IMG/VR virus record: IMGVR_UViG_3300044724_003299
Location: 1 to 33,261 of that record
Direction: 5' to 3' (one strand)
DNA from: a virus
Taxonomy: Duplodnaviria > Caudoviricetes
Length of the DNA: 33,261 bases
This document shows, piece after piece, positions 7,160 to 15,700 of the stretch. The translations under genes were made by a program, and so were the position numbers. The notes beneath the pieces are model-generated. The model was given only the letters and a program-made list of their open reading frames with translations. It did not search any database and was not told the origin of the DNA. Each line of letters opens with the position of its first letter. The first letter of the stretch is position 1.

Positions 7160-8778
7160 TATTGTATTTTTAAAATTACTTTAGTTCCTTCATCAGTTAC
7201 AGCATCGGTAGTTTGAAAATAAATTAAACCAGATGTGTTTGTTATTGCTTGTTTAGGATTAAATATAATTTTATAAGGCTTGCCAGTCTTAATGTTTTCT
7301 TGATTTTCAACACTTATACTTCCAAAGTATAATTTATTGTTTCGTTCTGTTGCAAAATTAGTTAATAAATTACCCGTATTGAATTGAACTTCTTCAAATT
7401 CTAGAAGGGTATCGTCAAATTGAATTACAAATTGCATACCCGCTAAATCTTCTTTTTCGAGTTCAACAATTAATTCAACTTTATCGTTAACTAAACTTGT
7501 GGAAATATCTAAATTTAAATTTTCAGAAGAGCTTTGTACTACGCCTCTAGCTATAGGTGTGTTTTCTTTTACAATTGGTTCAAACGAATGTGAAAAATCT
7601 ACGTCACCAATAAGTCCATGCCCAAAATCAAAAACCTTATTAGCGTCAGTAGGTGTAAAATCTTTTCTTTGCCCAAAGTAATATTCATTTGTTGAATAAC
7701 CATATTGGTTTTTTTCACCCCAAACATTCTTAGCACCATTAGTAGAGCTTGTAAACCATTCGCTAACATTTTCATTCATTATATGACTAAGCAAAACATA
7801 TGAATCATCAAAATCAACGTTACCACTGTTGTTTACTTCCCCTAATAAAAATTGTATACCATGTGTAAACGTATTCGTAGATCCGCTCGGGTCGCTTCCG
7901 GCTTTTATAGCTTCTTTAAATACTAAAAATACATCTGTTACGGTTGCCACGTCGTCTAGCCAATCTGAAGCCAATTCATTATCAACTTCAATATTTATGG
8001 TGTATTGTATATTGTTTTCTAAACCGGTGACTATAGCTTGATAATTAGCATCAAAATATCCAGTTGCCACGCTGCTGTTATTGTTTAGTATATCGTATTT
8101 ATAATGCGTAGGGTTTTCGTTTGGTGTTTTTAAATTTATAGTAACGCTGCCAGCGTCCCCACCTTCAACGTCGGCTAATGTTATTTTTTGTTGCATCGCG
8201 TCAACATCATATTGAGTGGATGTTGAATTGTCTTCAGCTCTCATCCAGTTAAGATGTGTTACATTATTATAATTAGTATAACTAGTGTTAATTTTATCTT
8301 TAATTTTGAAATCAACTTCAATTAAAGTATTGTTATAGGTAATACCTACACCATCTTGAATAGTTATTCTTTCTACCGACCAATCATTATCCGCGGGATA
8401 TGAATCAGTATCTCCTTCCACTTGGGTTCTATTTAGCCACCCGTTTAAATACTGGGCTGAAAGATCATCTTCATCGTAGGTGTTTAAAACTTTATATTTA
8501 TAACCGTCCCAATGGTTTAAAGATACTTGTGCGTTCGTGTTGCTTTCGTTATCAGTTACTTTAAATCTATGTGTAATTTTTTGCAGCAGTTTATTATTAT
8601 ACTCATAATCAAATACGTATAAATTAGGTGCTACGTTTTCTGTAATTTGTATTGTGTTGAACTTTATAGTTATGGTATCCCCTACTTCAAAGTCAGGACT
8701 ATCTATATAACTGTGATCAAGTTTTAAATCTTGCGCTAAACAGAATAATGGTAATAATAAAAACAATAGTTTTCTCAT
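7159..8778 (-). CDS. Secreted cohesin-like / dockerin-like multidomain protein
   Basis: Signal peptide ending CLA|Q; N-terminal VGDTITIKF..FDYEYNNKLLQ (cohesin-like); dockerin-like repeats DDVATVTDVFLVF and GEVNNSGNVDFDDSYVLLSHI; IGDVDFS; C-terminal LAGMQFVIQFDDTLLEF (cohesin-like). Confidence 0.7.
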   Translation of the reverse strand: MRKLLFLLLPLFCLAQDLKLDHSYIDSPDFEVGDTITIKFNTIQITENVAPNLYVFDYEYNNKLLQKITHRFKVTDNESNTNAQVSLNHWDGYKYKVLNTYDEDDLSAQYLNGWLNRTQVEGDTDSYPADNDWSVERITIQDGVGITYNNTLIEVDFKIKDKINTSYTNYNNVTHLNWMRAEDNSTSTQYDVDAMQQKITLADVEGGDAGSVTINLKTPNENPTHYKYDILNNNSSVATGYFDANYQAIVTGLENNIQYTINIEVDNELASDWLDDVATVTDVFLVFKEAIKAGSDPSGSTNTFTHGIQFLLGEVNNSGNVDFDDSYVLLSHIMNENVSEWFTSSTNGAKNVWGEKNQYGYSTNEYYFGQRKDFTPTDANKVFDFGHGLIGDVDFSHSFEPIVKENTPIARGVVQSSSENLNLDISTSLVNDKVELIVELEKEDLAGMQFVIQFDDTLLEFEEVQFNTGNLLTNFATERNNKLYFGSISVENQENIKTGKPYKIIFNPKQAITNTSGLIYFQTTDAVTDEGTKVILKIQ

Positions 8779-9239
8779 AGTTTTAATTTCTTAATAATGT
8801 TTTCAGATAGTTTTTTTAATGCAACACTTACACTATTTTGTGTAAACTGTCCTTGTTCATTTAATAAAATTAAAGAGGTTGTAATGTCTTTTGACGTGCC
8901 TTTTACTTTTGCTTTTTTGTTTTTGTATTTAGCTAAAGCAATAATTTCTGTTTCACTTGAAGATTTGCTATACACTGCAATATTTGTTTGTGTTCTTTTT
9001 ACATCAAAATAAAGTAATTCAACGTGCAAAGCATCTTTAGCTTTCTCGTTTAAATTATAATCTAAATCTTGAACCAATTCTTCTAAAATGTTTTTTAACC
9101 CAAAACCAACATCTCTGTTACCAACTAACGGACCTGTTTGAATTGAGTTTTTTATATTGTCTATTTTAATATCTTGTGCTGATATTGCAACGCAAAAAAG
9201 TAAGCTACTTATTATCTTTATTTTTCTTATGTATTTCAT
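8775..9239 (-). CDS. Secreted protein, compact CsgG-like paralogue
   Basis: Probable start MKYIRK at 9239; signal ending AISA|Q; shares VGFGLKNI and FTQNSVSVALKK segments with the 239-aa CsgG-like protein; ATGA overlap with the next gene. Confidence 0.6.
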   Translation of the reverse strand: MKYIRKIKIISSLLFCVAISAQDIKIDNIKNSIQTGPLVGNRDVGFGLKNILEELVQDLDYNLNEKAKDALHVELLYFDVKRTQTNIAVYSKSSSETEIIALAKYKNKKAKVKGTSKDITTSLILLNEQGQFTQNSVSVALKKLSENIIKKLKL

Positions 9240-9369
9240 ACCATCTTGCAACTGTAAACCCTATTGAAACCACTAATAGAATTATTTTAAGTATGTCTTC
9301 AACGGAAGTCATTGACAATGTAAATGCTGATGTGTTTAACATTAATACTTTTAAATCTTGAGTATCCAT
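9205..9369 (-). CDS. Putative holin / small membrane protein (54 aa; not in ORF track)
   Basis: Hand-translated MDTQDLKVLMLNTSAFTLSMTSVEDILKIILLVVSIGFTVARWYEIHKKNKDNK*: 1-2 hydrophobic helices and a basic C-tail; TAATG coupling with the upstream gene. Confidence 0.6.
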   Translation of the reverse strand: MDTQDLKVLMLNTSAFTLSMTSVEDILKIILLVVSIGFTVARWYEIHKKNKDNK

Positions 9370-9644
9370 TATTTTTTTCTTTTAACTGATTTGACCCTTC
9401 TTGGTTTACCTTTTGGTTGCCCTAAGCTTTTCTTTTCACGGATTTTTTTAGCTTTTTCGGATGAAGACATTTCACTAGATGTCTTAGGGGTTTTACTGGA
9501 TACTCTTTTGCTTGGTCTACAATATGGCACACCTCTGCCGTCGCCTTTTGTACGACCGCAAGGTTTGCCTGTTCTCACGTCAATCCATTTTTCTTTGAAC
9601 CAACGTTTAAGCGATGCTCCTTTTTTGGTTTTTCTTACAGCCAT
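9369..9644 (-). CDS. Small highly basic conserved viral protein (LKRWFKEKW...CGR...YCRP)
   Basis: 91 aa, K/R-rich, with a motif recurring in aquatic viruses; TAATG coupling at both ends. Confidence 0.8.
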   Translation of the reverse strand: MAVRKTKKGASLKRWFKEKWIDVRTGKPCGRTKGDGRGVPYCRPSKRVSSKTPKTSSEMSSSEKAKKIREKKSLGQPKGKPRRVKSVKRKK

Positions 9645-9775
9645 TACTTTTTAGATTTATTTCCCCAATTACTGGCTCCTTTTTTTCTACACTTAGCTAT
9701 GGCACCACTTGCATATGCAGATGGAAATACTTTATATCTAGCTTTAACTTTTTTGTAACACGCATCTTTTGGCAT
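9644..9775 (-). CDS. Small basic protein, KDACY...PSAYASGA..KCRK.G..NWG type (43 aa; not in ORF track)
   Basis: Hand-translated MPKDACYKKVKARYKVFPSAYASGAIAKCRKKGASNWGNKSKK*; starts 2 nt after the giant gene stop and is TAATG-coupled to the next gene. Confidence 0.8.
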   Translation of the reverse strand: MPKDACYKKVKARYKVFPSAYASGAIAKCRKKGASNWGNKSKK

Positions 9776-9777
9776 AA

Positions 9778-12700
9778 TTATTTATTTTTTAATTTTTCAA
9801 TTTCTTTTTTTATAAAGGCATTTTTTTCTTTAGTAGATAATCTTTTATATTTTTTATAAGCCTCTATATCTTTTTTAGATAAGTCTCTTAGTATTTCTTT
9901 TTTTAAACGAGTTGTTTCTTTTCTTGTTTCAGCCGCTTTGATTCTACCTTCTGCTTTTCTTTTTGTTTTAGCTGTGGTTTTTATTAGTTCATGCTCCTCG
10001 TTTTTAGCGTTCACATCCCACGTTCTCCACCCTAATGCTAAGGCAATTCTTTGATAAGCCGTATTTCTATTATCTAACGCCTCTGTGAGACCTCTAATTT
10101 CAGCAATTGCTCTATCTAATGGTATGTTTAAACCAGCTGACAGTAAATTACCAATTATTTCATAGCTAGGACTATCAAGAGCAACCCCTCTAGCATCTAT
10201 TACGTCTTTATCAAAATTCTTAGTTTGTATTGCACCATAAACTTTTCTAAGTTTTGAACCAATTGGGGGTGAAACATTAGCTAATTGTAATAAAGTGTAG
10301 GTGTGGTCGGCCATAAAAGAACCTTTTTTCTCTTGCCTGTAATATTCATTAATAGTATTTTTTAATGTTGAAACTACAGCACCTGCTAAACCGCTACCCC
10401 TAAGTATAGTGTCAACCATACTGTTTATAACTCTTTCTTGTTTTGTATTTATAAGTTTTTGGAATTTTTCTTCATCTTCATCATCTGGATCAAATTCTGG
10501 CAATAATGCGAATAAAGCTTGTTGTAATGTAGAAAATATTAAATTTTGCACAAATCCATAATAAACTATTTTACTAATGTTAGTTTTAGCATCACCCCTC
10601 CCGTTTATTAAATCTTGAGCAGCTTTTTTCATTAAGCGGGTGTACTGCATTGGGGTGTTTTGAAATGCTAATATTAATCTACCAAGATGACTTGATTGTT
10701 GCTTGGATATTAACATAGGATCCCCAGACTGCTGAGTTTCGTCTGATATTGCGCTAAAGTCTTCAAACGCTTTTGCTTCAGCATCCGCTTTTGACATGCC
10801 TTGTTTAACATAAGTGTTTGTTCTATTTATTAAAAATGTAGCCCCTCCTGTTGCAATAGCCATACTATCCGCTATTTGCGTTGGTGTAAAACCAATTTTT
10901 AATAAATAAGAAACAGCTGCACTGTATTTATCTTTGGCGTTTTTAGCTTGGCTAGCTATCTCCTGTTCTTGCACATCGGATTTTAAACCACCTCTTCTTT
11001 GCTTTAGTTTATCTGAATTAAATATTTTTGCCCATGCTTTCCAATAAGCTGGCTGATTCCCAAACGCCGCCGCCGCTTGTAATGGATTATTATCTGACCA
11101 GTTAACAAAGTTAGTAAACGATAACATCTGTAGCAAAGCCGATCTCCTGTTAAAAAACATTATAGTACCAACAGAGTTATTAACCCAATCAAGCCACACG
11201 CCAGTTAATCTATCAGGATTACCAGGTCTATTACTGCCACTTTTCATTCTTCTTATAATGTCCTCAAGCGCCTCCCTGTGTCTTGAACCGTATAATGCTT
11301 CAACTTTATTTAAGTTATCTTCATTAAAAATTTGATCTACGTTAGTTATAAATTCTTCAAGATAGTCTTTTCTGCTAACGTTTTCCGAAAGCTCGTTAAG
11401 GTCTTTTAAAACGCTTCCTACATCCCAAAATTCAGACGGTTCAACCCAAGAATCTTTTTTAGAAATGTTTTGTAATCCTTCAACAAACCCTTTTAAATTT
11501 TCATCATTTTCTACAGCGGCTATTAATTTTTTTAAATCTCTTTTAGAAATACCAGGAACTTCAAAACCAGATTTATTATATAAGTAAACTCTAGCGGCTT
11601 GATCATTTGTAAAACCTGTTCCTTCAATTTCTTTATTAAGTTTCTTTTTAATTTTAGGAAACATTTTTAACAAGCCCCTGTAATCATTTTTTAAAGCTTG
11701 CCTTTGAGACTCCATGGCCGATATACCTTTTAAATAAGGCTTAACTAAATTATCTTCAAAAAACTTTTGGTCTGCTTCTCCTTGTTTACCCTTGCCAGCA
11801 AAAGTATATTGTGTTAATCCTCTAAAATCTTCCGCGGTAGAGGGTAAAAAGAATTTGTATTTTCCTTTGTTCGCTCCCTTTTTTCTAGCTACAACTTTAG
11901 AATATACAGCCTCAGGCTTAACACCTTTTTGTCTAGCTATCATTTCGTTCAGCTCTTTATTTAAGTTTTTTGGGGGGCTTATGCTAAGTTTTCTGCCAGG
12001 CTTTATAGGAGCTTTAGCGGTTATTTTATTGCCAGCATTGTAAGAATCAGCATAATCTTGACCAATAATTATTTTAGGATCAACTAAAGATTGCAAAGCA
12101 AACTGTACCTTATTTTTTGTAAAAAAACTATAATATCTTTTATTAGGATCTGTTACACCAGGAATATACCCTACTGCCGCTGCTCTTTGAAAACCACTAT
12201 TATTAATAGCTTTATCCATTTCAATAGGTATAATAGCCACTGTATAATCTTTTTGAAGTGCTGTTAAATCTATATCGCTATCTCCTAAAATAATATTTTT
12301 ATACATTAAAGCTAAAACAACCCTAGCTGGTAATGAATGCTCATACCTGTATTTATTTGTTTTTGTATGAGGAAGAGTTTTTGTTCTCCATAAAACAGGG
12401 GCGCCTGCTCTTAAACTAGTGTTAGTACCGGAATTCATAGACGCCAGTATCATGGCTTGCACCTCTGGCGATGAACCTTTCAAGTTTTTTATAATATTAG
12501 TTGTAAAATCCCAAGCCGCTTTTGAATTTTTTATAGACTCATCTGTATCAAAATCAGACCCCAGGTGCCCTTGTATTATTGCTCCCTGTACTTTTATGCT
12601 TCTAGGTAAAACTTCTCCTTTACTATTTGTGTAAGTGGTATTGGTGTAAGAAACTATATCATGCCCCGCTGTTTGTAAAGCGGCAAGTATATCCTCCGCT

Positions 12701-15700
12701 AAAAATAAATCAGCTCTGAAATTTTCTTTTTTATCACTATAGTTTTTCTTACCAATTTTACCAGAATTTTGGAAAGTAGTTTTTAGTAACGCCAAAGCAA
12801 CATCGGTATCCATTCCTTCAATTGCCTTTATAATTACACTTTGTGCTTTAAAAACATTAGATACACCATTTTTGTCAACGCCCTGGAACATAGACTCTAT
12901 AGAACCACTAGCTCCTGTAAATACGGCTATAGACTCGTTAAAATCACTTTGCTCAAATATATCTTCAATAAACTCTGTTATGCTTTTGTTTTCAGCCTCT
13001 AAGCCTTTTTTAAATTCTTCTGTTGTTTGTTTTCTTACAGGGCCTAAAGCAGCCATAAGTTTTTTAGTAATTTCGTCTCTCAGTCTAGAGGACAATGACA
13101 TGCCGTACACCTTGTTAACTTGAAAAGCAACATCCCGACTAGTGGCTTGCGTTAAATCTATGTTTGCTAATCCATCATTTAACTCCCCCGTGCCAGCAAC
13201 AAATATACCCGCTGTTTGTATATCCATACCGCTAGACAAAGATTTTTTAACATTTCCTCTTTCAATATCTTTTTTAAGAACCTGTATTGTATTGTCAGCT
13301 AATACAGCACCTCTTATTCTTTGATTATTTAAAAAAGCTTTTGTTAATTTACTATTAACGTTATTTAATTCTGAATCAAATATTTCAAAAGCAATCTCCT
13401 CCCCCATCATTTTAGACCAAGATTCTTTTCGCCCAGCTTTTAGTTTTTTACCATCAGGTAATAAATAAGACATAAATTGTTCGTCAGATACTTTTTCATT
13501 TACATTTGGCAACCTTCTCACAAAGTCTCTCCCAGCGGTAGTACCGCCGGCATCTGTAGAGGTTTTAACTCTATCAATTTCTTTACCTTGCCAATCACTG
13601 GTGTATTCAGGTTTAAATACATAAGCAACAATATTACCTTTTCCATCTTTAATAGGTGTATCTGTAAATACCCCACCAACGGATTTTTGTACCGCAAAGG
13701 GCATTGCCGTAGAAAGCCACGTGGTTGGGGCATTTTCTAATGTTGCTTTTTTAGCTTTTAAAAAGTTTTCCTTAAGGTTAGTATCCATTGTACCAACAGC
13801 GGTTTTAATATCAATATCCGCTTGCTTACCCATGTCTTTTTTAATTTCAGCTATTACGGGTTTTACACTTTTATTTATAGTTGTTTTAATATCAACAGTT
13901 GATTTTAAAACTTTTAATGTTTGTAAGAGTTTATTTTCAATGCTAGTTATAACATCCGGTGAAAATATTCTACTGTCTTTTATCTTTTTAAATTTCTTAG
14001 GCTCAGGCTTTGCATTATTACTGCCTTCGTCTATTTTGCTTTGCGCTCTGAAATCTTCTAGCTGTTTGTTGTCTATTTGATTTATGTACAGTCTATTTTC
14101 AGGAGCTTTTTTATATTCGTCATTAAATATATCTTTCAATGAAAATTTAATTCTTTGCCCAATGTAACCAGATAGAGCGCCCCTGCCGTCCCAGGGGTTT
14201 CTATCTAAATCTTTTAAAGTTCTCGCAATTAAATCGAATTTCATTTCTTCGAGAACATCGGGGGCAAGAGATAACCTATTTTTTATTTGGGCCTCAGTCA
14301 TTCCAATTAAAGCTTTACCAATAATGTTTTTACTTTTAGCTGAGTTTATATCTTCAAGCTTTATATTACCTAAGGCTTTTTCAGATGCCGCTTGCTCAGT
14401 TTTGGATAATGATTTCTTTTTTGTTGTTTCAGTTTTTTCTCCAGCCCTTATTTTTGCTTTAGCTTGGCCACTAAGCTTACCTTTTTTAATATCAGCTTGA
14501 TAATCTACTATAAAATCAAACAACTGTTCCGCTGTTTCAAATTCTTTATTAGTTCCTGGTAAAAACCCACCAAATAAATCTTCTATAAACTTTTTTAATT
14601 CTTGTAAAAATGTTTTATCTTTTTTAAGTTTATTTAAAAGAGCTGGGTTATTTCCTAGTACATCAGAAAAAGCAGTAAAATATTCGTCAAGATTTACATT
14701 ATCAACATCAATTTTCTCTTTTCTATATTGATCCATTCTTGCTTCAATAATAGATAAAAGATTTTTTTTCTTTAATATTTTTTTAAAATTATCGTGTATT
14801 TTTTTTTGCAGTTCAGTGGGCTTGCCATCTACAGTAAATTCTTTCTTTAATATTTTATGCAACAATTCGTGAGAAGCCACCGTCCAATTCATACTTTTGC
14901 TACTGCTTTCTAAATCAATGTATATTTTACCGTCGGCTTCAATTATCCCATCTGTATTTTTACCAAAATCAATACCTTTTGCTTCCGCTTCTTTAGCATT
15001 TTTAAATGTAGTTATAGCACCTTTTCCCGCTAGTTTTTTAACATTTTTAACTTGCTGTTTTGTATAAATTTCATTAGCATTAGCGGCTAATTTATTTTGT
15101 TCAATAACTAATTTATCAAATTGCTCATCAAGCCTTGGATCAGGAACTACTAATCCCTTTTTCTTATTTTTAATTTCTTCTTTCTTTTTTTCTAAAGCAG
15201 CAATTTTTACATAAGCATCAGGATCAGCTTCATAAATAAAAGAAGGTATTGAGTTTGACCCTACGGCGGAAGCAACAGCTTGTGCGTCGCTGATTATTTT
15301 ATTAGATTGCGCTTTCGTCATTTTACCTTGTTTGATAAAAGTATCAAATCTTTTTGTAGTGCCTTCTATGTTTTTAGATATTTGTAATAAATCCCCCACT
15401 TTATCTTTGGAATACCCTGTGTTAGTAGAACTTATGCCACCCATTAACGCGCCAGCGGCAAAAGACAGTATAGACGTTTCTACAAAATCATCAACAGAAA
15501 ATTCTGTTTCTAATAAATCTACCCCAGCAGAATCATTTATTTCTTTATTAACAAGTACATTCTCTCCTAATTGTTGAATGTTTTCTTGTAAAGCTTCTCC
15601 CCCACCTTCTTGGAACATGTTTAATGCGGTCTTCCTATTAGGGATAATTTTTTTTATTGTACTTGAAAAAGCATTCCCTGCGCCTGCATAAGATCCTTTT

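Noticed and set aside
4486-9239. A complete curli (csgBAC-csgDEFG) operon
   Set aside because: No curlin repeats, CsgF, CsgE or CsgD are recognisable; only the CsgG-like fold is supported, so no gene symbol was assigned.
9614-9859. 81-aa hydrophobic + strand ORF as a holin (also 9176-9361 and 9358-9654)
   Set aside because: Antisense to Lys-rich - strand genes, which explains the Phe/Leu richness; the - strand is already fully tiled by coupled ORFs.
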